A DNA stretch of 64,000 bases from a bacterium (GCA_043798995.1 JAZDOD010000009.1:14015-78014), one strand, 5' to 3'; positions 18,015 through 28,823 are shown, counted from the first letter of the stretch. The notes: generated from the sequence alone by a model not told the origin. Made by a program: numbers and translations.

Positions 18015-19043
18015 ATGACAAAAGAAAAACCTCTCTATCGCCAAACTCTAAGAGAGGCGCTGACTATTATTTGGCGGAATAAATTTTTGTGGTTCTTTGG
18101 GTTATTTGCCGCCATGGCGGGTAGTGTTGAGTACAATTTTTTAATTGAAGGTTTTTCACGTTCGTCGGGTGACAAACCATTGACCTTGGGATTTCTGGAT
18201 GTGGTCCAAGATGTGGCCAATACGGGCATTTTTCGTTTTGAAACTTTGGGTAATTTAAAACGGATTATGATTGAAAATCCGTTTTCTTTCTTTATGTCAG
18301 TTTTTATTTTTTTAGTTTTCCTGGGCATTGCCGCTTTTGTTATTTGGTTAATCGTTGTTTCTCAGGCAAGCCTGATTAGCGCCACCAGAAAGATTGAGCA
18401 AGGCGAGGTAGCCGATCTTCGCGAGGAGATAGAAAAAAACAGAAGGTCTTTTTGGCCTTTATTTATCCTTAATTTTATTAATAAATTTTTAACCGGGCTC
18501 CTTTTGGTTTTAGTTGGGGTAGTGGTTTTTGTTTCGGCAATTAAAGCTACGGTGATGACCCTGCTTTTATTTATTTTAGTTTTTGTTGTTTTTATTTCCC
18601 TTTCTTTGATTATTGCCTTTATCACTAAATACGCTATCTGTTTTGTGGTTTTAAAAAAGCAGGGTTGGTTTGAATCAATTAAATCAGCGGTTAATTTGTT
18701 TTTTGCCAATTGGGTTATAAGTTTAGAGATGGCTTTGATTTTGTTTGCGATTGATTTTGTTTTTGTCTTATTTTTTGCTATATCAACCCTTGTTTTAATG
18801 TTAGCTGTAGCAATGTTAATGATTTTAGCTGCCTTTTTAAGTCTTAAGATGACTTTTTGGGGAGTGGTAATTTTACCGGTCATTTTATTGATCATTTTAT
18901 TTTTAATTATCACCAGTGGTTTAACTGCTTTTCAATACTCTTCCTGGACCTTGCTTTTTATGAGGTTAGCCGGTAAAAAAACCGTTGTCAGCAAACTTGC
19001 TCGCTTAGCTTCCAATCTATCAAATAAAGTGATGGGCAGTTGA
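18015..19043 (+). CDS. polytopic membrane protein, hypothetical
   Basis: 342 aa with about eight TM helices. No conserved motif recognised. Confidence 0.45.
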   Translation: MTKEKPLYRQTLREALTIIWRNKFLWFFGLFAAMAGSVEYNFLIEGFSRSSGDKPLTLGFLDVVQDVANTGIFRFETLGNLKRIMIENPFSFFMSVFIFLVFLGIAAFVIWLIVVSQASLISATRKIEQGEVADLREEIEKNRRSFWPLFILNFINKFLTGLLLVLVGVVVFVSAIKATVMTLLLFILVFVVFISLSLIIAFITKYAICFVVLKKQGWFESIKSAVNLFFANWVISLEMALILFAIDFVFVLFFAISTLVLMLAVAMLMILAAFLSLKMTFWGVVILPVILLIILFLIITSGLTAFQYSSWTLLFMRLAGKKTVVSKLARLASNLSNKVMGS

Positions 19044-19086
19044 TTAACTAAATTAAAAATTAATTTCGTTTTAAGTTTATTTAATT

Positions 19087-20775
19087 ATGTCGGATGATAG
19101 GATTAAAATTAAAATTTCCTCTGATGAAACTGCTCAAAAATTAACGCAGAAAATTTCTGAAATTGATTACAAAAAACACGAAGATTTAGTAAAGGAAAAA
19201 GCTAAAAAATTGGGTTTCCCTTATATTAATTTAAAGGGCTTTCCAATTAATTCTGAAGCTTTAATTTTAATTGAGGAGGCAGAGGCGCGTCAATTTAAGA
19301 CAGTTTGTTTTTTTTATGATGAAATAAAAATGAATATCGCCATAGTTGACCCGGCTTTGACAGGACTGGAAGAATTTTTAAAAAAATTAAAAGCCGCCCA
19401 CCGGGCCGAGCAAAAGATTTTTTTAATTTCTGAAACGAGCCTAAAATTCACTTTGAGTTTGTATGCTAATCTGCCGGCGCCGAAAAAGATGGCCAAAGGG
19501 TTAGAAATTAAAGAACAGGATCTTAAAAAATACCAGAAAGATTTTACCAACCTCAGTCAGTTAAATGAAATGATTCAGCAGGCCAATATGACTGAAATTC
19601 TGACTTTAATAGTGGCTTCAGCTGTTCAACTTGAAGCTTCTGATATTCACGTTGAAGCCGAGGAGAAAGAAATAAAAATAAGATTTCGTCTGGACGGCGT
19701 ACTGCATAGCGTTGCCAATTTGCCGACCAAAACTTGGCCTCAGGTCGTAGCGCGAATTAAATTAATCTCCGGCTTAAAAATTAATATTGATGATAAACCG
19801 CAGGACGGACGCTTTACTATTTTTATGGCTCGCGATCGGCTGGATGTCAGAGTCTCGGTTTTTCCAACTGCTTATGGCGAGTCTGTAGTTTTGAGACTTC
19901 TGCTTTATTCGCGCGCCGGTTTGAGTTTTGATAGTTTAGGCCTGCGGCCAGAAGTTTACCAGCTTTTGGAATCAGAGCTTAATCGGCCAAACGGCATGCT
20001 CTTGACCACCGGGCCGACCGGCTCCGGCAAAACCACAACTTTATATGCCATTTTGGTGGAACTAAATCAACCTGATACCAAACTTATTACCATTGAAGAT
20101 CCGATAGAGTATCAATTGACCGGCATTACTCAAAGTCAGATTGATGAAAAAAGGGGCCATACTTTTGCCAAAGCCCTGCGCGCCGTGGTGCGCCAAGACC
20201 CGGATATTATTATGATTGGTGAAATTAGAGATTTGGAAACAGGGGAAGCGGCTGTTCAGGCAGCTTTGACCGGCCATTTTGTTTTATCAACCGTGCATAC
20301 CAACAGCGCCGCCGCTGCCGTCCCGAGATTAATTTCTTTAGGAGTTAAACCTTTTTTATTAGCGCCGGCTCTCAATGTGGCAATGGGCCAAAGATTACTC
20401 CGAAAAATTTGCTCTTCTTGCAAAGAAGAAACAAAACTTTCAGCCGAGGAAGCGGAAAAAGTTAAAAAACTTCTGGAAACCTTGCCCGAAAACTACAAAG
20501 GCCGATATCCGTCAGATCCGGCCAAGATAAAATTTTTAAAAGGCAAAGGCTGCGACAAATGTCAGAGCATTGGTTTTAAAGGCCGAATTGGCATTTTTGA
20601 AATTATGCGGATTAATAATGAAATTAGAGAATTGATTTTAGCCAAAGACATACCCGAACACAAAATTTTTGAAGTCGCTTTTAAAGACGGCATGCTGACT
20701 ATGGCCCAGGACGGCGTCTTAAAAGCTGCCGAAGGCATTACTTCAATTGATGAAATTTTCCGCGTGGCAGAATAA
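19087..20775 (+). CDS. pilB: type IV pilus / type II secretion assembly ATPase (PilB/GspE family)
   Basis: Walker A GPTGSGKTTTLYA. Asp box ITIEDPIEYQL. His box. C-terminal tetracysteine motif CSSC...CDKC. N-terminal GSPII-like domain. Confidence 0.8.
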   Translation: MSDDRIKIKISSDETAQKLTQKISEIDYKKHEDLVKEKAKKLGFPYINLKGFPINSEALILIEEAEARQFKTVCFFYDEIKMNIAIVDPALTGLEEFLKKLKAAHRAEQKIFLISETSLKFTLSLYANLPAPKKMAKGLEIKEQDLKKYQKDFTNLSQLNEMIQQANMTEILTLIVASAVQLEASDIHVEAEEKEIKIRFRLDGVLHSVANLPTKTWPQVVARIKLISGLKINIDDKPQDGRFTIFMARDRLDVRVSVFPTAYGESVVLRLLLYSRAGLSFDSLGLRPEVYQLLESELNRPNGMLLTTGPTGSGKTTTLYAILVELNQPDTKLITIEDPIEYQLTGITQSQIDEKRGHTFAKALRAVVRQDPDIIMIGEIRDLETGEAAVQAALTGHFVLSTVHTNSAAAAVPRLISLGVKPFLLAPALNVAMGQRLLRKICSSCKEETKLSAEEAEKVKKLLETLPENYKGRYPSDPAKIKFLKGKGCDKCQSIGFKGRIGIFEIMRINNEIRELILAKDIPEHKIFEVAFKDGMLTMAQDGVLKAAEGITSIDEIFRVAE

Positions 20776-21190
20776 TTTCCCGGCCCTCACCATTTTTAAG
20801 AATTTTTATTTTAATAAAAATAGTTTTTTCAGGCAGAATTGATTTTATCTTGTCCGCCCACTCGATAATTGTTAGGGTATTTTTGGCGCCCAAAAAATCA
20901 AGGACGCCTAAGGCGATAAAATCTTTTGCTTTTTTCAGCCGGTAAGCATCAAGGTGATAAATGATTTTTATTTTTTTATTTTTAGTTTTGTAGGTTTTAA
21001 GCAAAATAAAGGTCGGGCTGGTAACTTTTTTTCTGACCCCCAAAGTCAAAGCCAGGGATTTGGTAAAAAAAGTTTTGCCGGCGCCAAGCTCGCCGATCAA
21101 AGCTAAAATCTCGCCGCCTTTTAGGCCGGCAGCCACTTTTTGAGCAAACAATTCAGTTTGTTTCGGACTTTTGGAAATAATTTTTCGCAT
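20738..21190 (-). CDS. tsaE: tRNA t6A37 threonylcarbamoyladenosine biosynthesis ATPase TsaE
   Basis: GELGAGKT P-loop, SPTFILLKTY and HLDAYRL motifs. Convergently overlaps the pilB 3' end by 38 bp. Confidence 0.7.
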   Translation of the reverse strand: MRKIISKSPKQTELFAQKVAAGLKGGEILALIGELGAGKTFFTKSLALTLGVRKKVTSPTFILLKTYKTKNKKIKIIYHLDAYRLKKAKDFIALGVLDFLGAKNTLTIIEWADKIKSILPEKTIFIKIKILKNGEGREIILPRGKFHQLK

Positions 21191-21229
21191 ACTTTATTAA
21201 TCTTAACAAAAAATTTAAATTTTAAAAAC

Positions 21230-22267
21230 ATGGCAGAAAAAAATAAAGCTTTATTAATCAATATTTCAACCTGGTCGGTTGTTAAAGTTGTTTTGATTCT
21301 TTTAGCCGCTTATCTTTTGTTTTTGCTAAACGAAGTGATTTTAATTTTTTATGTGGCTTTGATTTTTGCGGCTGTGATTGACCCTTGGGCTGATTTGGTT
21401 GAAAAATATAAGTTGCCGCGCGGTTTGGCGGTGATCGTGGTTTATATTTTGCTTTTTGGCATTTTAAACTTGTCAATCATTCTTTTAATCGGTCCTTTGA
21501 CCGCCCAGTTTAAAGAATTGGTTGACAGCTTTCCTGTCATTTGGCAAAAGATAAGCCAAATCCTTTTTTATTTCAGAAGTTATTCAATTGAACATGGCTT
21601 TTACCAGCAATTTGAGGAAGCTGTCCGCGGCGTCAATTTAAATTTAGGCGCCGGCGCTGGCGGCATAATTACTTTCACCCAAAACATCTTTCAGGGATTT
21701 TTTTCCTTTTTTCTGGTTTTAATTTTAACTTTCTTTTTGGTCAGCAGCCGTGGTTTCTTTAGGGAATTTTTAAAATCGATTATGCCAGAGGCGCATCATG
21801 CGTCTTTGAATTTGATTTTTGAAGGGATTCAGACCAAAATCGGCGGCTGGGTTCGAGGGCAGATTTTACTTTGTTTTATAATTTTTGTTTTTGTTTATGC
21901 AGGACTGCTTCTTCTGGGAGTAAAATATTCCTTGGTTTTGGCGCTTTTTGCCGGTGTGACTGAATTTATTCCTTATTTAGGTCCTTTCATCGGCGCAATC
22001 CCGGCCGTTATCATTGCTTTTTTCCAGTCACCGGTTCTGGCCTTTTGGGTGATTATTTTATACACGATTGTCCAGCAGTTTGAAAATAATATTTTAGTTC
22101 CCAAAGTGATGCAAAAAGCTGTCGGACTCAATCCTATTTACAGTATTTTAGCTTTGCTTATTGGCGCTAAAATCGCCGGTGTTGTCGGTTTAATTTTAGC
22201 CATTCCTACCGCTACAATCATTAGCGTCATAGCCCAGGAGTTAGTTGATAGAAATAACAAATCATGA
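21230..22267 (+). CDS. AI-2E family transporter (PerM/YhhT-like), paralog 1
   Basis: Eight TM helices and the conserved FIPYLGPFIGAIPAVIIAFFQSP segment. The start is moved to ATG 21230 because the longer track ORF overlaps tsaE. Confidence 0.65.
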   Translation: MAEKNKALLINISTWSVVKVVLILLAAYLLFLLNEVILIFYVALIFAAVIDPWADLVEKYKLPRGLAVIVVYILLFGILNLSIILLIGPLTAQFKELVDSFPVIWQKISQILFYFRSYSIEHGFYQQFEEAVRGVNLNLGAGAGGIITFTQNIFQGFFSFFLVLILTFFLVSSRGFFREFLKSIMPEAHHASLNLIFEGIQTKIGGWVRGQILLCFIIFVFVYAGLLLLGVKYSLVLALFAGVTEFIPYLGPFIGAIPAVIIAFFQSPVLAFWVIILYTIVQQFENNILVPKVMQKAVGLNPIYSILALLIGAKIAGVVGLILAIPTATIISVIAQELVDRNNKS

Positions 22268-23298
22268 GCCAAAAATTAAAAAATGAAATTACAATTAATT
22301 TACCCGTCTCTTTTATAATCAAGGTGGTGGCAATTTTATTTTTGGTTTACTTCCTTTATCTTGTTAAATTAGTTGTTTTCATTTTTTTTCTGGCCTTTGT
22401 TTTGGCAACCGCCATTGAGCCGACGGTTGATTTTTTAGAAAAAAAGCAAATTCCGCGCAGCTTGGGCGTCGTGATTATTTATTTATTTTTATTGGCGCTT
22501 TTTACCTTTTTCATTTATTTAATTTTAAGTCCGGTAGTGGCGCAACTGGGTTTACTTGCCAATAATTTTCCTTTACTTTGGCAAAAATTTGTTTATCTTT
22601 TTACCCAACTTAAATTTTATCTGACACAAACCGGCCTGACTCCCCAGATGCAGAATTTTTTGCTTTATTTAGAAAATTTTTTATCAGCCCAAATTTTTAA
22701 TTTATTAGTTCTTTTAAAAAATATTTTTCAGATTATCTTTTATTTTTTCGTGGTTTTAATCCTGACTTTCCTTATTGTTATTGATAAAAATTTCTGGCAG
22801 CGTTTTTTTGCCTCATTTTTTCCTAGGAATTATCAGCCTTATTTATTAAATTTAATTTCCTCAGTCAAAAAGAAAATTGGCGATTGGCTGCGGGGCCAGC
22901 TTAGCCTTTGTTTTATTATTTTCGTTTTGGTTTATGCGGGATTGTCGCTTTTAGGCGTAAAATACGCCCTACTTCTGGCGCTTTTTTCCGGTCTGGCTGA
23001 ATTTATTCCCCTGATCGGACCCTTAATCGGAGAATTGCCGGCGGTTTTTTTGACCTTTTTTCAGTCGCCGACTTTAGCTTTGTGGGTAGTAATTTTTTAT
23101 TTTGTCGTTCAGCAATTTGATGCTAATATTTTAGCTCCCAAAATTATGGGCCGGGCCCTTGGTTTGAGCCCGGTAGTTATAATTTTAGCAATTTTAGCCG
23201 GTGCTACTTTAGGCGGAGTTTTGGGAATTATTTCGGCTGTGCCGGCCGTGGCGATTTTTAACCTTATAATTAAAGATTTTTTTAGCCGAAGCGAATAA
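22264..23298 (+). CDS. AI-2E family transporter, paralog 2 (tandem duplicate)
   Basis: Same architecture with FIPLIGPLIGELPAVFLTFFQSP. Its start overlaps the stop of paralog 1 by 4 bp. Confidence 0.65.
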   Translation: MSQKLKNEITINLPVSFIIKVVAILFLVYFLYLVKLVVFIFFLAFVLATAIEPTVDFLEKKQIPRSLGVVIIYLFLLALFTFFIYLILSPVVAQLGLLANNFPLLWQKFVYLFTQLKFYLTQTGLTPQMQNFLLYLENFLSAQIFNLLVLLKNIFQIIFYFFVVLILTFLIVIDKNFWQRFFASFFPRNYQPYLLNLISSVKKKIGDWLRGQLSLCFIIFVLVYAGLSLLGVKYALLLALFSGLAEFIPLIGPLIGELPAVFLTFFQSPTLALWVVIFYFVVQQFDANILAPKIMGRALGLSPVVIILAILAGATLGGVLGIISAVPAVAIFNLIIKDFFSRSE

Positions 23299-23302
23299 AT
23301 CT

Positions 23303-23881
23303 ATGATTTCTTATCTTCAGGGCGAAATTATTTTTCAGGACGATAAATCAATTATTGTTAAAACTGATAACCTTGGCTATCAGGTTTTTGTCACCGAACG
23401 GTTTTTGGAAAAATTAAAACAAGAAAAAATAGAAAATATCGAGCTTTATACTTACCTTAATGTTCGCGAAGAAAGTTTAGAACTTTTTGGCTTTATCAAC
23501 TTAGAGGAATTAAATTTTTTTAAAATGTTACTAGGAGTTAACGGGGTAGGGCCAAGAGTGGCACTTCACATTTTAAGTTTAGCTAATTTGTCTGAGATTA
23601 AACAAGCCATTGTTAATAACAGGGCGGAATTTTTAACCAAAGTTTCAGGCGTGGGCAAAAAGACAGCCGAAAGAGTAGTAATGGAGCTTCGTTATAAAAT
23701 TGATGACATTAAAATAGGTAAGGATGTTAAACTATCAACCGAAGATGAGGAAGTTATAGATGCTTTACTAGGATTAGGTTATAGAATTTCTGATGCCCGC
23801 GAAGCGCTGAGAAAGATACCTAAGGATTTAAAAAATAGCCAAGAAAAATTAAGAGCCGCCTTAAAATTTTTAGGCAAATGA
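23303..23881 (+). CDS. ruvA: Holliday junction branch-migration complex subunit RuvA
   Basis: MISYLQGEI...OB-fold N-terminus, the HhH pair LLGVNGVGPRVALHILS, and a C-terminal domain III. Confidence 0.8.
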   Translation: MISYLQGEIIFQDDKSIIVKTDNLGYQVFVTERFLEKLKQEKIENIELYTYLNVREESLELFGFINLEELNFFKMLLGVNGVGPRVALHILSLANLSEIKQAIVNNRAEFLTKVSGVGKKTAERVVMELRYKIDDIKIGKDVKLSTEDEEVIDALLGLGYRISDAREALRKIPKDLKNSQEKLRAALKFLGK

Positions 23882-23884
23882 TTT

Positions 23885-25246
23885 ATGAGGCAAAAAATAA
23901 TTGATATTTTATTAATAAAAATCAAAAAAATAATACCCCTTGGGGTATTTAATTTTTTAAGTCCGCTTTATCATCAGACACTAGCTTATTTGTCTGCTTT
24001 CTTTTATGGCTGGCCGGCCGAGAAAATGATTGTTATCGGCGTCACCGGCACTAACGGCAAATCAACCACTGTCAATTTGATTGCCGCAATTTTAGAAAAA
24101 GCCGGTTTTAAGGTCGGGGCAACTTCAACGGTGAATTTTAAGATTGGCGAAAAAGTCTGGCTTAATGATACCAAAATGACAATGCCGGGCAGGTTCCAAT
24201 TGCAAAAAATGCTTAGCCAGATGGTTAAAACCGGCTGCCGGTACGGCGTGATTGAAACTTCTTCGCAGGGCCTTGCCCAGTTTCGCCATTTGGGAATTAA
24301 TTATGATTTGGCAGTTTTTACTAATTTAACGCCCGAACATTTGGAAGCTCACGGTGGTTTTGAAAATTATAAAGCGGCTAAAGGCGAATTGTTTTCTCGC
24401 TTAAATAAATCCCGGCGAAAGAAAATTAATAGTGAAAAGATTGAAAAAATAATTGTTGCCAATCTTGATGATGATTACGCCTCTTATTTTCTTAATTTTC
24501 CGGCAGAAAGAAAAATCGGCTATACGCTTAAAAAAAATTCTTTTGATAATATAGAAATTATCAAAGGAGAAAAAGTAAATTTTACCTCTTCGGGCTCAAT
24601 GTTTGAAGTCAAAGGCGAGATTTTTAAAATTAATTTACTTGGCCAGTTTAATATTTATAATACTCTGGCTGCTTTAGCAGTCACTTATTCACAAGGCATT
24701 GATTTAAAAATTGCTAAAGAGGCGCTAAACCAAATTCAGGGCGTGCCCGGGCGTTTGGAAAAAATTGACGAAGGCCAATCATTTGCGGTCATTGTTGATT
24801 ACGCGCCAGAGCCAGCTTCTCTAAATAAAGTTTACGAAGTGATTAAAACTTTTCCTTACCAACGGATTATTCACATTTTGGGCTCAACCGGCGGCGGCCG
24901 TGATGTGGCTCGCCGTCCGATTCTTGGCCGAATCGCCGCTCAAAACGCCGATATCGTGATTGTTACCAACGAAGATCCTTACGACGACGATCCTCAAGAG
25001 ATTATTAATCAAATAGCTGAAGGCGCTGAAAAATTAGGCCAAGTTTTAGAAAATAATCTTTTTAAAATTTTAGATCGCCGCGAGGCAATCAAATTTGCCC
25101 TGACCTTGGCAAGTGAAGGCGATTTAGTTTTAATCACCGGCAAAGGCGCCGAGCAGGCCATGGTGGTTAAAGACAATCAAAAAATTCCCTGGGATGACAG
25201 AGTGGTGGTTAGAGAAGAGTTAAAAAGATTAATTGTAGGGGCTTGA
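23885..25246 (+). CDS. Mur ligase family protein (MurE/MurF-like UDP-N-acetylmuramoyl-peptide ligase)
   Basis: GVTGTNGKSTT P-loop, ETSSQGL, DLAVFTNLTPEHLEAHGG, and a C-terminal domain ending GKGAEQAMVV. The specific substrate is not assignable from sequence. Confidence 0.6.
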   Translation: MRQKIIDILLIKIKKIIPLGVFNFLSPLYHQTLAYLSAFFYGWPAEKMIVIGVTGTNGKSTTVNLIAAILEKAGFKVGATSTVNFKIGEKVWLNDTKMTMPGRFQLQKMLSQMVKTGCRYGVIETSSQGLAQFRHLGINYDLAVFTNLTPEHLEAHGGFENYKAAKGELFSRLNKSRRKKINSEKIEKIIVANLDDDYASYFLNFPAERKIGYTLKKNSFDNIEIIKGEKVNFTSSGSMFEVKGEIFKINLLGQFNIYNTLAALAVTYSQGIDLKIAKEALNQIQGVPGRLEKIDEGQSFAVIVDYAPEPASLNKVYEVIKTFPYQRIIHILGSTGGGRDVARRPILGRIAAQNADIVIVTNEDPYDDDPQEIINQIAEGAEKLGQVLENNLFKILDRREAIKFALTLASEGDLVLITGKGAEQAMVVKDNQKIPWDDRVVVREELKRLIVGA

Positions 25247-25270
25247 CAGATTTTTTTTGTTTGCTATTAT
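25243..25270 (+). promoter_or_regulatory. sigma70-like promoter TTGACA-16-TATTAT upstream of rpoB
   Basis: -35 at 25243-25248 and -10 at 25265-25270. Confidence 0.4.
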
Positions 25271-25426
25271 TTAAGGTAATCCAATTTTCAAATTTTTATG
25301 GAGATTTCCCCGCTATACAAAACCTTTAAGGTAGTGGGTTTAATTCAATAGACAAAAAAATTACCTAAAAACTCGCCTTCCGGGGAAGGTGAAGTATTTT
25401 TTTGTGTTTAGTTAATTTTTTAAACC

Positions 25427-28400
25427 ATGAACAGACGAAAAAATTTTTCTAACATTAATATTGCGCCGTTGCCAAATTTAATTGAAAGCCAAGTTAAGTC
25501 TTACAACTGGTTTATAAAAGAAGGCGTTAAGGAATTATTTAATGAAATTTCTCCGATTAAAGATTCAATCGGCCGCAGTTTTGAACTTTATTTCGCCGAT
25601 TATTATTTTGATGAGCCGAAGTTTGACGAAGTTACTTCCCGTATTAAAAATATTACTTATGAGGCGCCGCTTCGGGTTAAAGTCAAGTTAACCAATAAAA
25701 AAGAAGGCTCTGTTAAAAAACAGGAAATCTATTTAGGCGATATTCCGATGATGACTAAGCGCGGCACTTTTATAATCAATGGCATTGAAAGAGCCTGCGT
25801 CTCGCAGTTAATCAGATCATCGGGAGTATTTTTCACTTCCCAGATTGTTAAAGGTAAGCGTTATTATGGCGCTAAGGTTATTCCCAACCGAGGGGCTTGG
25901 CTGGAAATTGAAACAGATGGTAATAATATAATCTGGGTTAAAATTGACCGGAAAAGAAAAGTAGCTATTACTTCGCTTCTTCGGGCTTTTGGCTTTGGCG
26001 TTGATGACGAAATAAAATCTTTATTTAAGGATGCGGATATTCATCCTGATATTAAATATATAGAAGAAACAATTGCCAAAGATAATGCCAAATCAGAAGC
26101 TGAAGGGCTTAAAGAAATTTACAAGCGTATCCGTCCCGGTGATTTAGCTACTGCCGATAACGCCAAGCAGCTGATTCACGCTATGTTTTTTAATTTTGAT
26201 CGTTATGATTTGGGGCGCGTCGGCCGTTATAAAATTAACAAACGCTTTGCTTTTAATATTCCCAATACCGAAGAAAATCGCATTTTACGCCGCGAAGATT
26301 TGGTGGCCATTATTAAAGAAATTATCAAATTAAATATTAACCAAACTGAAGCCGATGATATTGATCATTTAGGCAATCGCCGCGTCCGAACCGTTGGCGA
26401 ATTGGTTCAGAACCGTTTCCGCATCGGACTGGCCAGAATGGAAAGAATTATCAAAGACCGGATGAGTACCTTGGATCCGCAGGGCATGACTCCGGCCAAA
26501 CTGGTTAATGCCCGGCCGGTCATCGCCGTGGTTAAAGAATTTTTCATGTCCAGTCAGCTCTCGCAATTTATGGATCAAACTAATCCTTTAGCTGAACTGG
26601 AACACAAAAGACGGCTCTCGGCTATGGGTCCGGGCGGTCTTTCGCGTGAGCGAGCCGGTTTTGAAGTCCGTGACGTTCATCGCACTCATTATGGCCGCAT
26701 TTGCCCGATTGCCACTCCCGAAGGGCCAAACATCGGTTTAGTCGGCCATTTAGCGAGTTATGCCAAAATTAATGATTTTGGTTTTATTGAGACGCCTTAT
26801 CGCAAAGTTATTCATGATATTGATAATAAAGCCGAATTAACAGTGAACAAAATTGCCCGAACTGACATTACGGTCAAAGAAGCAGGTAAAAAGAAAATTT
26901 TAGTCAAAGACGGTGAAGAAATTACTCCCAAACTTGCCCGTGAACTGGAAAAACACAAAGATTTAAAAGCCATTCTCATTAAATCAATGGTAACTAACGA
27001 AATTATTTATTTAGATGCTTTTGAAGAAGAACGTCATATTACCACGGCTGCCACTACGCCTGTTGATGAAAAGGGCTTTTTTTATAAGGAAAAAGCTGAA
27101 ATTCGAAGATATGGTGATCCGGAAATTGATTTGGTTGAAAAAATAGATTATATGGATGTGGCGCCGAATCAGATTGTCAGTATTGCCACTTCTTTGATTC
27201 CTTTTTTGGAACACGACGATGCTATCCGGGCCTTGATGGGTTCTAATATGCAGCGCCAGTCCGTCCCCTGTATTAAAACGCAGTCACCGATTGTCGGTAC
27301 CGGGGTTGAGGAAAAAGCCGCCAAGGACTCGGGTCACTTATTAGTCTGTGAAGCTGACGGCAAGGTAGTTGAGGCAGATGCTTCTAAAATAATTATTCAG
27401 GAAGAAAAAGGCAATTTGCATACTTATTATTTAAATAAATTTGTCCGATCCAATGCTTCAACTTGCATTAATCAGCATCCTTTGGTCAATGTCGGCGATA
27501 AAGTTAAAAAAGGCGATGCTTTGACCGATGGTTCAGCCATTCAGGGCTCTGAATTGGCTTTGGGTCAAAATGTTTTGGTCGCTTTTATGAGTTGGGAAGG
27601 TTTTAATTATGAGGATGCAATTTTAATTTCCGAGCGAGTGGTCCATGATGACCTTTATACTTCTATCCATATTGAAAATTACACCATTGATGTCCGTGAT
27701 ACTAAATTAGGCCCGGAAGTAGTTACACGCGATATTCCCAATGTTGGCGAAGAAAAATTAAAAAATCTGGATGAAGAAGGCATTGTCCACGTCGGGGCTG
27801 AAGTCTCTTCCGGTGATATTCTAGTCGGTAAAATTACGCCTAAGGGGGAAACCGAGCTTTCAGCCGAAGAAAAATTATTACGTGCTATTTTTGGAGAAAA
27901 AGCCAAAGATGTCCGAGACAGCTCTCTTTACCTGGAGCATGGCGAACACGGCAAAGTAGTCGGCATTCAGATTTTTTCCCGCGAAGAGGGCGATAAATTA
28001 TCGCCGGGCGTCATTAAAACTATCCAAGTATCAGTTGCTAATTTAAGGAAAGTCCAGGTTGGCGACAAAATGGCCGGTCGCCATGGCAACAAAGGCGTAA
28101 TTTCTAAAATTATGCCGCAGGAAGAAATGCCTTATTTGGCCGATGGTACGCCGATTGATATTATTTTAAGTCCGTTAGGAGTTATTTCGCGCATGAATCT
28201 AGGGCAGATTTTGGAAACTCATTTGGGCTTGGCCGCTCATAAATTAGGTTACAAAGTTGCCAGTCCATCTTTAAGCGGCGCGACCGAAGAACAAATCCGC
28301 GAGGAACTCAGGGAAGCCGGTTTTCGCGAAGATGGCAAGATGATTTTATATGATGGCCGCAGCGGGGAGCCGTTTGATAAGCCGGTAGTCGTCGGCTATA

Positions 28401-28798
28401 TCTATATAATGAAACTGAATCATATGGTTGAAGATAAAATCCACCAGCGCTCAATCGGTCCTTATTCTTTAATTACTCAGCAGCCTTTGGGCGGTAAAGC
28501 CCAGTTCGGCGGTCAGCGTTTTGGCGAGATGGAAGTCTGGGCTTTGGAAGGTTATGGCGCCGCTCATATTTTGCAGGAAATGCTGACGATTAAATCTGAT
28601 GATGTCACCGGTCGCAGCAAAACTTATGAATCAATTATTAAAGGTGAATCAATTAATAAGTTAAATGTGCCGGAATCATTTAATGTTTTAATCAGGGAGC
28701 TTAAAGGTTTGTGTTTGGATGTTGAATTGATTAAGGAGAAAGAAAGCGAAGAGAAAGAAACAAAGAAAACACAGTCAAAAAATTTCCAAGATAAATAA
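25427..28798 (+). CDS. rpoB: DNA-directed RNA polymerase subunit beta
   Basis: 1123 aa. Conserved regions throughout, including GEMEVWALE, NMQRQ, and HGNKGV in the fork/active-site region. Confidence 0.95.
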   Translation: MNRRKNFSNINIAPLPNLIESQVKSYNWFIKEGVKELFNEISPIKDSIGRSFELYFADYYFDEPKFDEVTSRIKNITYEAPLRVKVKLTNKKEGSVKKQEIYLGDIPMMTKRGTFIINGIERACVSQLIRSSGVFFTSQIVKGKRYYGAKVIPNRGAWLEIETDGNNIIWVKIDRKRKVAITSLLRAFGFGVDDEIKSLFKDADIHPDIKYIEETIAKDNAKSEAEGLKEIYKRIRPGDLATADNAKQLIHAMFFNFDRYDLGRVGRYKINKRFAFNIPNTEENRILRREDLVAIIKEIIKLNINQTEADDIDHLGNRRVRTVGELVQNRFRIGLARMERIIKDRMSTLDPQGMTPAKLVNARPVIAVVKEFFMSSQLSQFMDQTNPLAELEHKRRLSAMGPGGLSRERAGFEVRDVHRTHYGRICPIATPEGPNIGLVGHLASYAKINDFGFIETPYRKVIHDIDNKAELTVNKIARTDITVKEAGKKKILVKDGEEITPKLARELEKHKDLKAILIKSMVTNEIIYLDAFEEERHITTAATTPVDEKGFFYKEKAEIRRYGDPEIDLVEKIDYMDVAPNQIVSIATSLIPFLEHDDAIRALMGSNMQRQSVPCIKTQSPIVGTGVEEKAAKDSGHLLVCEADGKVVEADASKIIIQEEKGNLHTYYLNKFVRSNASTCINQHPLVNVGDKVKKGDALTDGSAIQGSELALGQNVLVAFMSWEGFNYEDAILISERVVHDDLYTSIHIENYTIDVRDTKLGPEVVTRDIPNVGEEKLKNLDEEGIVHVGAEVSSGDILVGKITPKGETELSAEEKLLRAIFGEKAKDVRDSSLYLEHGEHGKVVGIQIFSREEGDKLSPGVIKTIQVSVANLRKVQVGDKMAGRHGNKGVISKIMPQEEMPYLADGTPIDIILSPLGVISRMNLGQILETHLGLAAHKLGYKVASPSLSGATEEQIREELREAGFREDGKMILYDGRSGEPFDKPVVVGYIYIMKLNHMVEDKIHQRSIGPYSLITQQPLGGKAQFGGQRFGEMEVWALEGYGAAHILQEMLTIKSDDVTGRSKTYESIIKGESINKLNVPESFNVLIRELKGLCLDVELIKEKESEEKETKKTQSKNFQDK

Positions 28799-28823
28799 TA
28801 TAAATTTTTAGTTTTAAAATATT

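Noticed and set aside
18362-18913. 183-aa antisense ORF inside the 18015..19043 membrane-protein gene
   Set aside because: K/I-rich translation of the antisense of an AT-rich hydrophobic gene. The sense ORF is longer and coherent.
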